A DNA stretch of 64,000 nt from Moniliella sp. 'wahieum' (taxonomy: Eukaryota): the NCBI GenBank assembly GCA_003971905.1, contig RSEE01000023.1, forward strand, positions 620,001-684,000, read 5' to 3'. Position numbers and translations under genes: made by a program. Below the pieces are notes generated by a model. It did no database searches and was not told the origin of the DNA. It saw only the letters and a list, made by a program, of their open reading frames with translations. Positions 38,102 to 49,900 of this stretch are shown here, piece by piece; the first letter of the stretch is position 1; every line of letters starts with the position of its first letter.

Positions 38102-38548
38102 GCCGCTGGACCTGACCCAGAGTCGCGGGATATCGTTTGATGGGAGATGCTGGCATGCTGATGGAGGGCGCTGTCCAAGGACGAGGAAGGAAGCGAGCAG
38201 CCAAGGTGCCCACAGGGACTTGAACTCAAGCAGTTTGTCACGTTGCACGCTTTCGGGAGCAACACATCCAATCCAGCATGATCAGTAGTCTTAACCTCAA
38301 CCCCCCGTATATTGCCTGCCACTCTTGCAGCTCTCTATGCTTTGAGTGCTCGCCAGGTAATCTAATGCACATTGGCATCTCTTCTGTTAGGTTGCTGTTT
38401 GGAGACCAAACGCGTTTGAATTAGGACCAGTGTCTATATCTGGAGGGAGGTGGGCCGCAATGCCGACAGCCGCATCACTAACAAAAATCGCATGGTGCGC
38501 CAGCGACGGGTACTGGCAAGAGGCCATAGCCCGCCTAGCCTAGTGGCG

Positions 38549-39964
38549 CTAGGCATTGAATTCAGCATCATCATCCGACTCGGGCTCCGCCAGGACAGCC
38601 GGAATCGTTTCGGGATCTTGAGGGTCACACGACTCAACTTCCTTCTGCTCCTGCTCCGGTTTATCATTTTCCTCCTTCCCGAGGCTGGGTCCGCCACTAG
38701 GGCTATCTGTGGCCCTACTGGCAGCCCGGTCCGATGGAAGCACGACTTCTCTGAGCTTGCGTACTGGGAATGCACGAGCCAACGCCTGGGGCCAATCCTC
38801 CGTCTCTGCCCAGCCTGAGAGGATGTCGAAGACCTGATTGACCGTCAGTACTTTGCGGGACGCCAATTCGGCGCCATCAGCTAGGCGCAAGGTCTGGGCA
38901 TTGATAGGTAGACGCATGGTGCGGATGCCCATCGCACGGGCCTTATTCGCACACAAATTCTTGTACCGATTGTGGTCCACAATCCCACCAACAATGTACG
39001 TCTTTCCTTCCTCCAGCGTCTCGGCTGTCTCGGTGGCATCGGCAGTGAGGTAGATCAGGTCCTCCTTGTTCCAGACGGGTTCTCAGCTCTTGTTGGTATG
39101 GCGGGACCTGTTTCCCCTCGGGCGCGTCCGGAGGCTGGAGAAAGGCAAGATCGGGAAGAGAGGATGGGTCGGCATCAGTGGGCGCAATAAGCGCCTCTAT
39201 CCCCCCGCTGGGCAAGACCGCTACCGATTTCCACCGGCGCCACATGGCATCCCAATTGTTCTCCATGTGCTGTCCCAAGCGGAATCGAGCAAGCTTTCTG
39301 GCTGATGGCCTTCAGCCTCGGGTTCGGGAGAAGAGGAATGAACGTACGCCCGGCCCGGATGGTCCCCCTCGCCCAGAAAGTAGAGGTATTTGAACGGACG
39401 ACTCGAGTGGCGTTGGGTCGAGTAGAGGTGGCCCAGCTGGAGACACATGGAACGTCGTTCCTATCAACACAACGACACGAGCATAGTCAGGGATTCCCAT
39501 TCATCAATGGTTTGGGTGCAAAGCAACGCAATGAAACCAGAAGCCAACCTACTCGGTCCTCCATTAAGCTATCAAAGCCGAGATCGATAATGACGCCCAC
39601 GTCGAGCGGCCGCTTGGGCGGGCTGGGCTTGGCCCGCTTAGGTTCCGGTGGTGCCATCTCGCCCGCCTCGATTTTGGCTTGCATCTCCTGGTAGCGGGCA
39701 CGCTTATTTGCCTTTCGCCTTTGCTTTTCGGCCGCGCGGCGCTCCTTTTTCTGCCTGGGCTTTCTCAAAGCGCAGCTGCTTCTTCCACTGGTTCTTGCTC
39801 ATCCCAGCAGGCGGCCCGCCAGTGGTATCAATGTCAGCGGACCGACGGGGGTCCGTGTGGGAGAGAGAATTGGTGGTGCTTCCAGGCGAAGATGGGGAGG
39901 CCCTTTCGGGCGCAGCGTCAGCCGCGCATGCGGGCCAGTCGGACACATTGGGTGAGGCGGACAT
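38549..39964 (-). CDS. TRM10: tRNA (guanine-9-N1)-methyltransferase
   Basis: MSKNQWKK, VIIDLGFDSLM, LIYLTAD, YIVGGIVDHNRYKNLC, RLPI and RKVLTVNQVFDIL..WPQALARAFPVRK. Intron at 39552-39461. Confidence 0.95.
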
Positions 39965-40159
39965 GGTGGTTCAACAGCTTCTCACCCCACTCCCAGCCCC
40001 ACCCCAAGAGAACAGGTGTGGTCTCCAGCTTGGCCAGACAAAAAATGACGACGGAACACGTGAGGCGGAATTTGGAGGGCGACTGCAGATGCACATTGCT
40101 GGGCGATGACGATTGAAATGTTAACGAAGGCTCAGTCTGCCACCGGAATGCATGACGTG

Positions 40160-40187
40160 TCATGCATCATGCATCAGATCTGAGATC
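40160..40187. repeat. Heptad array TCA-TGCA-TCA-TGCA-TCA-GATC-TGA-GATC upstream of TRM10
   Basis: Directly visible. Confidence 0.8.
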
Positions 40188-40371
40188 TATTCTAACATGC
40201 TACGAGTCAACGCGTCTTCTAGTTTACTCAGTAGAGTCGTTGAGTAGTGCTCAGTATCAGTACCCATTGTTCACTAGACCCATTCGAGCCATCAACAGAA
40301 AGCCAGTCTATAGTCCCAAGAGCAAAAGCCCAGGCTTTCAGCTTGAAGGGCGTTCATGGATACAAGGGCCT

Positions 40372-41389
40372 TTAGTGCTTGGGTCCCCCTGCCTTGGCTT
40401 GCGCAAGAAGCTGCGGCAGAATCTGGTCAATGGACGTGACGTTGGGCGTGAAGCCGACACGCTCATTGTCCGCCTCATCTGCCATGCCTCGACCAGAAAA
40501 GACGTAAAGAAGCACAAAGTTGCGGAACCCTTCAAAGTCAAATGCCCCGGCCAGCTTGGCTTGCTCCTCGGCATCAAACGGCTGCAAGGTCCAATGGTCG
40601 GGCGAGTACGCCGGTCCAGCTTGCCCAACTTCTCCAGCAGCTGGGGCGTGCTTACTTTGAAGCCCGACACGATCCATGCCTTGCCCAGCGGCCCAGCTGA
40701 CGACCCCGGTGTGGCGAACTTTTGAGTCGTCACCACATGGTGCACAAACCGTCCAATGTCACTCAACGTTGTTGACGACACATTGATTCCCTTGGGAGGC
40801 AGCGTCGCCGTCTTGTGGGCGAAGTCAATCACGTTCCATGGTGAGAGAAGATACTCCGCAAACGACCCGTTCACAATTTCAGCCCAAGGAAGGCCAATCT
40901 GTTCCATAGCAAGATCAGTCAGGTGTGCTCAGCGGCCAAAAGGAAGAGAGACGGAACAGGAAAACACACTTGATCCAAAAAGTCGCGGAAGGCCTTTCCA
41001 CCACCAAAGAAAGGGTGGAGCGTGTCGAGGGGATTCCGGAGGTAGTTGCAACCACCAAACCCAGAAGGGACAAAAACCTTGGCGCCGGCGGCACGGGCAG
41101 CCTTGGCAGCATTCGCCTGACCCATTCCTCCGACAGCGGGGTGGACGGTGGAGATGACTCCCTGGATCGAATGCTTCTTGAACGCAGCCTCCAACGCGGC
41201 CTCGTCATCGTATGCGGGAATCTGCTCAATTGCGAACCCGCGCGAGGCAAACTTCTGGATCTCCGGGTTCGAAGCGTTACGTGTGAAGATCACAAGCTTG
41301 TCGTGGGCCTGGTCAAAAGCCTCAGCGACGTTGGTGCCAACATCGCCCATTCCGAGCAGGGCAAAAGTGGTGATGTCGTTGCGGACCAT
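40372..41389 (-). CDS. NmrA/isoflavone-reductase-like NAD(P)-binding protein
   Basis: Rossmann-type start FALLGMGDVGTNV, followed by AAKAARAAGAKVFVPSGFG, GLPWAEIVNGSFAEY and TTLSDIGRFV. Intron at 40969-40899. Confidence 0.8.
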
Positions 41390-42230
41390 GGTTGGATGTG
41401 TTGAGCAAAAGCGGATCAGAAAAGCGGCTCGGGGAGAGGGGGTGGAGGAAAGGATGAATTTTGGTGGTGGTGGTGGGCGGGGCCTGGGACTTTATGCTTT
41501 TTGGCGTGAGCAACGGGTATCGAGGTCATCCAAGATCGGGGGTGGCTGGTGGTTCAGGAGGTTCACATGAAGTTCACGTCATAGAGGTTTGCACGAACAC
41601 CCTAGTAGGGTATGCACAATGCATCATGCATCGCGGAACGAAGTAGCACATGAATCTGCATGATCACCCCTTCTGGAGCGCTCCGCCCACTCCGCGGCAT
41701 CTGCGGGAGGCTCAGGCGCTCAGGCCTGTCGGACATCGCCGGTGAGACAACGCGGAGAGCCGCGGCCAGCTGCGGTGCTCGGAGCCTCAGCCTCAGACTC
41801 AAGGTCCTGCGGCAGGCCTGCGCCGCTTAATGAAATTAATGATCGCACATATATCGGACATCTTCGGTGAAACAGTCCCGAGGGCCACGAACACTGGCGC
41901 CGTCGCGTCACGCGTCACACATCATGCATCATACTTCGTCCGTCGTGGCCAGAGGCACCAGGCCAGCGTATCTCTGCTGACAGCTGAGAAGCACGCCCGA
42001 CGGGAGTACGGGAAACATCATACTAACTATTGGCGCACGATCGGCATCTTAAGATACTGAGTATGCTGACGAGTTCAAAAGAACGCCCTTTTTTATTGGA
42101 AACCCATTTCAGTGCCTTCTCTCCTGCTTGATAGACGATCTCATTTTCGCTCCTGTATATCCACTCTATATACATCCCGCAGAGGACTCTTTTTCGCCTC
42201 TCGCGCGTCTCGCCTTCCCGGCAGGGCAAC

Positions 42231-43096
42231 TGTTATGGGGCTCTCCCGTTATCTTCGGACGATGATCCCCGCATGTCGTAGACATCTCAGCCCAACACGC
42301 GTCAGTCCTGTTAGACTAGCGAGAGAGAGCCAGTCGACACCTTGTCCATGCTGTGGATATCATCCGTGGCCCGCCATGGTCGCATGGGCTCGTCGGTACG
42401 ATACTTTGTGTCCATTGCGTCCAGTCTTGGCAGAACCCTTCCTGCTGCGCCAGACTACGTAGCGTCAGAGCGCCTTTGAGAGCATGGACTGTGCATTAGT
42501 CTTTACCTCTCTGGAAAGTGCCCCGCATTCTGTTTATACCTGTCACATGTCATGAGGCACTTGAGGCCTGGTTCCTTCTGTTGTATATAAGCAGCCACAT
42601 GTCTAAGGCTTGCTTGCTGTGGTCCTTGTCGACCATCCTGTCTTTGGTCTCCCCGTTTACCCGTTCCTCTCTCGCCCTTCCACCTTCTAACACCCTTAGT
42701 ACGCTTAAGAATTTACGACTTACGTCGAGTACGCTGCAAGCTGCGGTTACTCTCATTAGTAGCGCTTACTCTTATTTAGGACTCTTTTTTCCTGCCTACT
42801 ACAGGGTACCGAGTATGGTAACGCTACGAGGAACAGGCTAACTTCGGAGCTCTTGGACCCTTTCAGCTGGTCTGGACCTACGTACGCGGCCCCTACCTCG
42901 GAGGGCCTGAGTTGCGGCCTTTGCACGCAGGCAGCCACCCAAACTAGAGGGTCTCTCCCTCGCCTCTACACCCGCTCGGTTCAACGTTCAACCAGAATCT
43001 GAAGCAGGACCTAACGTATGAGACACCGATTGGCCTGTCCAAGGGTTTATACCGCTAAACTATAGGGGGGTCCCACCTCGGGACCCCCCCATGACA
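42231..43096 (+). mobile_element. Solo LTR of an LTR retrotransposon (866 bp)
   Basis: TG...CA termini with an imperfect inverted repeat TGTTATGGGG / CCCCATGACA. Perfect 5-bp TSD GCAAC at 42226-42230 and 43097-43101. Internal TATA (GTATATAAG, about 42584). A second partial copy lies at 6173-6300. Confidence 0.9.
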
Positions 43097-44027
43097 GCAA
43101 CCATATTCCCCTCAATATGTCGCTGTAACAGTCGGGGCTAGACGAGGGAGACCAACGTCCTGTCAGACATGGGGGGGAAATGAAAAGCTCACATTCGTGG
43201 GGAGAAGCAGAAGGCATTGGGCAGTGAGAGAACAGAAGCAAACGGAAAGGAAAGAGCAAGAGACGCAGGATGCAGAATTGAAAATTGGAGTGAGCTTAGT
43301 CATTTGGTGACAGTCGCCACAGGGAACTCTCTCTCGCACATAGCTGCGCCACATGTCTCGCTACCATCACTCGAGGGTGTAGCAAGGAGAGCTATAAATA
43401 TAACGGTTCGCATTTGTCATGTGCTTCCAGGGTTATAGGAAGAACGCCCCGAACGCGAGGCACAACTAAGACACATGTGCTTCCCTGCCCATGTTGTATC
43501 GCGTGTACCATACCCGCATCATCTTCTTGCTCGCCCGTCTCGCCTGCAGTTCGTTTTGAGAGATGCAGAGTTTTTTTTGTTCGAAACACTTCTACTACTG
43601 ATGCAGCGTGTGCCACCCTTCTGCACAAGCTCGCTCTGGTCTTCACTGCGGCCATATGGGCTAGCCGCTTTTGAATAAAGCCGTGTATTCGTGTGGTGAC
43701 CTGGATGAATATGTTGGGGGGGTATGAAGGTGGTACCGGCAAGTACCGGTTGTGCGGTTGCCGGTTGTGCTCACATGAGGAGTGTTGGATGGAATTTAAT
43801 TGGCGTGTGGCGTTGTGTGGCGCACATGCAGCAGCAAGGCACCGTAGCCAACTCTGGCTCCGCTCAAAACGAGCGTACACGAGATGGCCAGCAGAACGCA
43901 CGTGCGCATAGTCTCCGCTCAGATCTCCGATCGGTCGGCATGCATAATGCAAGGGCGAATGAACGAATGATTCACCTGGCGACACGCACAAGCGCAGTGC
44001 GGGAGTGTCGCATGTCGCAGTGGCATG

Positions 44028-44170
44028 TCACATGTCACATGTCACATGTCAGCCACTCAGTCTGAGTCGGAGTGCTCGGTTGAGGGCCCACACTTGCCCC
44101 GTGCGTGCCGCACCACGCCAGAGTTTCTGCATCCAGCCGCTGCTGTTCGGCCCGTCACGCGTCACGCGTC
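44028..44170. repeat. Heptad arrays (TCACATG)3TCA and (TCACGCG)2 upstream of MAM3
   Basis: Directly visible at 44028-44051 and 44155-44170. Confidence 0.8.
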
Positions 44171-44410
44171 CTTCTGTCGAATCGTGTGTCGACCGACCGC
44201 CCCCACCGCCGATTGGCATGGCTGATCGATCAGACATGGGTGATGCCAGTGGTGCGGGATGGGCCTGCTGTTGCTGCGATGGCCTGCGATGGCCTGCTGT
44301 GGCCTCTGCATGGGCATGGCGGGGAAACGACATGGTGTTTGCTCTGCCCAAACACCACTCGCTCACCAGCACGCCTCGTGTCTCCTCTCCCTCCTGCTAC
44401 CAACACCCCA

Positions 44411-46517
44411 ATGCGCCCGCCTGCCACTGGCCGGCGCGTGTCGGCACTGGGTCCCCATGCACGCGCCGTGCACGCCGTTGCTGGCCTCGCCGCGGCAGCG
44501 CTACGGCCCGTGTTTGCCGCTCCAGCGTCTTCGTCTTTGCCCGCCCCCGTCCGTCTTCTACGGCACTCCCATAGTCCCCTCCCCGATGGCGAGCACCACA
44601 CTCCCTTGCAGCTTTTCTTGGACATCAGCTCCATTGCCTCCCTTGTCTTGCTTGGCGGTGTCTTTGCAGGCTTGACTCTCGGCCTGATGGGGCTCGACAT
44701 GGTCAATCTGCGTGTGTTGAGCACGAGCGGGACCGAGACCGAGCAAAACAATGCACGAATTGTCCTCCGTCTGCTTGAACGTGGGCGACATTGGGTGCTC
44801 GTTGTGCTGCTGCTGGGAAACGTGATCGTCAATGAGACCCTGCCCGTCTTTCTCTCCGACTTTGGCGGCGGCTTGAGCGCCGTCTTATCTTCCACTTTGC
44901 TCATCGTCATCTTTGGCGAAATTGTACCCCAAGCCATCTGTGCCCGGTACGGTCTGTCCATCGGTGCCTACTGCGCCCCGATGGTGCATGCATTTATGAT
45001 TCTCCTTGCCCCCGTCGCCTGGCCGACGGCCAAGCTGCTGGACTGGTGTCTGGGCGAGGAGCAAGGTACGGTCTACCGCAAGGCAGAGCTCAAGGCATTC
45101 GTCTCGCTCCACCAAGCGATTGGGACCGAAGCGTTGACGGAAGACGAGGTGTCTATCATCCGAGCGGTGCTGGACCTGAACGACAAGACGGTGGTGGACG
45201 TGATGACACCGATGGACCAAGTCTACACCCTCGCGTCCGACGACAAGCTGGACGAGCGGGGGATTGACAAGCTAGTTCAACTTGGATACTCTCGCATTCC
45301 CGTCCACGAGGCGGGGCATCCAGATGCCATCTTGGGCATGTTGCTGGTCAAAAACCTAATTAGCTACGACCCCGAAGACGCCGAACCCGTCTCCTCTTTC
45401 CAGCTCACTCCCCTTCCAGAGGCATCCCCCACGCTCACTCTGTTTGACTGCCTCAATTACTTTCAGCACGGTCGCTCCCACATGCTCCTCGTCTCGGACC
45501 ACCCTGGCGAACCAAGAAGCGCGCGGGGCATCGTGACGTTGGAGGACGTGATCGAAGAGCTGATCGGGCGGGAGATCGAAGACGAGTTTGATGAGCACGA
45601 TGATGCGGCCCAGCGGACCGGGGGCGGGCAATGGGAACCGTTGCTGCGCGGAATCATTGAGCGGAGATGGAAGCATGTGCCGAGCTTGTACGGCTTGCCT
45701 ACGGGCCTCGCCTTGCCCACCAAACGTTCGCGTTCGATCTCGCGCCCAATGGGCGCGCAACCAGGCACATATGGTTCTTTGGGAACGAGCCAATCGCTTC
45801 AGCCACGGTTGGCAACCAAGTCGGATGATGACCCCTCAGGACCCGAACCAACGCCTGCCACGCCTTCTCCTGCCATCATGGCGGCCCAGCCAACGCCTTC
45901 TGCTACGCTCTACTCCCCTGGTGCCTCGATATCCACCTTCAAGTCGGGCTCGGTCACCAACACGCCCAAACTAGGAACCCCAAGGTTCCGCGTTCCCGAT
46001 ACCCCGCGTACCGGCGTTGGCTCGGACCTTGGCAAGGCTAAGCCCGCCACCAAACTCGGTACCGCCCCACGCGCGCTGGGCCGAGGTGCCGACGGTGCCG
46101 AGGTGGGATTTGGGCGCGCCTGGGTTGCCCCTGCACCAAGCCGAGGTGCCAGCTCGGCCCGGAGCCGGCTCGGGCGCGGCAAAGACAAGCGTTCCGGCTC
46201 GGGCTTGGACCCCAAGTTCCCTCCTTCTGACGCCAGGCTCAGCCACGACCATCGCGCTTCCGCCGACGGCCGTGGCAAACAAGGGTGAGGAACAGACGTG
46301 GGAGGAGACCTCCTCCTCCGACCCTTCCGGTTCTTCCCCCACCCGCTCGTCCCACAGGGTAGAGGAGGCGGAGCTCGCCGCTCCATCCACACCCACCTTG
46401 GTAGATCCTTCGCCCGAACCGTCTGTCCTCGGGCACGCTACAGCTGCCGCTCAGACAGAGCCAGGGCTGGCGGCGGGGGGGCAGTGTAATATTTTTTGCT
46501 CACACAATGTACCATAG
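44411..46517 (+). CDS. MAM3: CNNM/DUF21 + CBS-pair metal transport protein (Mam3-like)
   Basis: LVLLGGVFAGLTLGLMGLD, HWVLVVLLLGNVIVNETLP, IVIFGEIVPQAICARYGL, GYSRIPVH and GRSHMLLV..GIVTLEDVIEELIG. The 3' end is approximate. Confidence 0.92.
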
Positions 46518-46937
46518 TACCCTATGGCATGTGGCGGTGCGGCAGAAGAAGCGAGGGAGAAAGTCATTGCGAAGCATTGGTACCAATGATTGAGCGGATG
46601 AGCCCACCATAGTACAACTACAACTACTAGTCAAGAGACTTGCCCCAACCATCGCGACTAATAATATTTTGCCAGAAAAGTCTATATCGGGAAACTGTGG
46701 TTGTTGGACCCAGTCTCTTCCATGTGGGTTTTTACTATAGATACGGGAACCAGATTGTCTACTCGTGCTGGAACCAAATAATAGGTGAATCAAATCTTCG
46801 CGCGACTAATGAAGCCCATCGACCAATCGATATAGATGAGCTTTACCGACTGTATCGACTCCATTGTATCGACTCCATTGCTTGTTGTGTCGTCCATGCA
46901 GAGTGCTGTGCAGTACATGTTGGTGTGCGGACGCAAA

Positions 46938-49900
46938 CTACGTCTGCTGCTGGCCTCGCGATCGCCAGCGCGCAAGCAGGACACGAGGCGAAAAGACACG
47001 GAAGAGGTAAAAGCACACAAAGCACGCTGCCCAATTGAACGCAATGTAGATGATGAAGATCCAAACGTTACGACTGGCGTGGTCCGTGGCCATGCTGATC
47101 GTGTTCAAATACTCGTCTGCGTAGGCAAACGCACACCACCCACAGCTTCCCGATGACAGGGGAACCCAATACCCCCGGCCGGAGGGGACTCGCTTCGCCC
47201 CCAGCGCGGCAGTAACGTTGTCCAACGAGGGACTAAAGTTGTCGAGGTAATCGGAACACGTCAGGCCCGGGGGAGGGGATATCGGAACCAGCTCCTGCGG
47301 CGCACAGAGGATCGGTCGACCGGCCATCGCATTACCCATCTGCGCTTCGACAAAGTAGTGCACCGGTGTCGCGGTAATAATGCGACGCCATAAACTGGGC
47401 ATGACGTTGGGTGGGACCGTGACGCCGCTGAGGAGGAGGCAAAACGAGTAGAAGGCCGAAAACAGCACGCCCCCAGGACGGGACTCTGGACCAGACATTG
47501 CACCGACATGGCCATCAAAGGCCAAAAGCTGTAAAACATAAAGACTGTCCAGGCAAAGGATTTGCCAGCCGACCCCACTTTGCCTCCCATCAACCACCAC
47601 GGAAGCCAGTACAAAAAGCCACAGAACCAGTCCCACGGCACCTCAACCGCCATGTACGTCGCAACAAATATCACCCAAGAGTAGATCTTGGCCCCCTGTT
47701 CCCGGGTTTCAAACACCTCGCGCATACTGGTGTAGTGAGGTAACATATGCGAAGCCAAGGGCACCCCTACCACGTTGACTGCATGTGGAACCGCATTCAC
47801 AGAGGGAGCAGAGCGGTTAGTGTTATTGTGACAGTAGAAGTGTAAGAGGCTCTAATAAAGTATGCGCGGTGTGAGGATATGATTATGCGTGTGCACGTAC
47901 CGGAAAAGTGGGAAAAGAGATTGATTTGTAGGCTGGCTAGGCTCGACTTACTGCCCTGCTGCCAAAATGACGATCCAATGAAGAGCCCGGCAACGAGGTT
48001 GAGTGCCATTTTGGAGCCCAAGTAGGCAGGACTGCGCCAAAAGTGGATCCAGGTACGACGGAAAACAATTATGAATTGGCCCAAGAAGCCCACGGCGTAT
48101 TCCGACTCATCTTTCTGCCTACTTGAAGTGTCGGTCCCTAGGTCGCCTCGGCGGTCCTCGATCTCTTGAATGTCATTCTCGATCCTGGCCGCCATCTCAC
48201 TTTGCTGGTACACCGTTGCCCAATCCTCTTGCTCGACAGTGCGCGTACCAATGCAGTCCATCATGAACTCCGCCGGGTTGGCGGACCCACAAGCGCGGCC
48301 AGAGTGGTTCTCAAAGTGGTCAAGAAGTGCCCCGCAGGACCGTTCGGGGGTGTGAATCGGGCCGTTGAAGAGCAAGTTGCCTTTGTCAAGAAGCAGTAGA
48401 CGATCAAATTGGGCCAACAACTCGCCACTAGGCTGATGGATGGTACAGAGGATGGAATGGCCTGCGGCAGCCATGCGCTTGAAGAAGCGGACGAGGGACA
48501 AGGCCGTTAGACTGTCCATCCCCGTCGTTGGTTCGTCAAAAAAGGAGGAGATTGGGATTAGCGGCGAGCTCCACACCAATGGTCAAACGCTTGCGCTGCC
48601 CAGCATCCAGCCCTTCTGCGTCCTCTTCTTTGCCAACCAAAGCATCGGCCCAGGAACCCATGTCAAGCAAGTCAATCACTTCTTCACACCAAGCAAGTTT
48701 TTCCTGTCTCGACTTGGTGGTCTGTTGACGTAGCATAGCAGAGAATTGTAAGGCCTCTCGGACGGTAGTGGTCGACAGATGTGTGTCCATCTGCTCGCAG
48801 TAGCCTGTTTGCTGCGAGAAGTTAGGCGGTAGCGGATACCCATCATAGGTAAAGCTGCCAGTCACCGTCCCACATCCTTGGTCCTTCTCGCCAGCACGTT
48901 CATTAATGACGTCTTGCCGCCACCAGAGGGCCCCATGATGGCAGTCAGTTGTCCAGGGGCTACATAGCCTGTCGCCCCGTTCACAATCCGCCGTGGCGCT
49001 TCGCCGGGGACGGGCACGTCGTACTTCACGTCGTGAAACGTGAAGATGCGCCGTTGTTCTTTGCGCATATAACGAGCCTTAGTGAACTGCGATGTCTGGG
49101 CGAGAGGCAGGGTAGAATTCTCCGTTGCCCCATTCATGCCCGTTAGAGATTTGCCTGCTGATGTAGCACGACGGACAAAGCGTAATCCCCCGGGACCGGA
49201 ACGTTCTGATACTTGGAACTCGCATGCCACCGCATAGGCCACCACCAAGCCAAGCCAGATGCTAAACAAGCCAAATCCCAGCGCCCAGCGACGGCTCCAA
49301 GTCACTGTCCAAATCCACACAGAGAGTGTAAGTAAATCAAGTTGTTTCTCTTCGCACCCTAAAAAAGGAGAGGGCGAGTGCCAACATACAATCATACCTG
49401 ATTTTGAGGTACTCGGCCCCACTGGCCCGGTCCGTTCCAGGGGCGACTTCCCGGAAGAGCAAGTGCGGTAGGACGATGATATACCCTGGTATGCTTCACC
49501 TCCTGGAACCATCAAGGAACAGGTGGCGTCCAACTTGCGAAACTCATTGGTCACAATGAGTTCAAAAGCGATCGCAATCGGGTTAAAGTAGGTGAGCCAC
49601 TTCCACGCTCTTACCATCGATGGCCGTGGGATGACATAGCCCGAATAAAGCGTAAAGTCGATGATTGAAAGCCCAGCCATCAGAGAGGCATGCTCTTTCG
49701 CATGAAAGAGTGCAGCAAAAAAACGATTGAGGGCGACTGTGGTCTCAGTTTGGAGGAATACAACACTCAAAGTAACAAAGAACTGGCTGGGCGTTCGGCC
49801 AAGGTTACAAAGAAAATACATGACGACCAAAAAGATTGCCAGTGGCGGGAAGCGAAAGATGAGATCAAGTAAGGAATTGGCTAACGAGTCGGCGCTGGGC

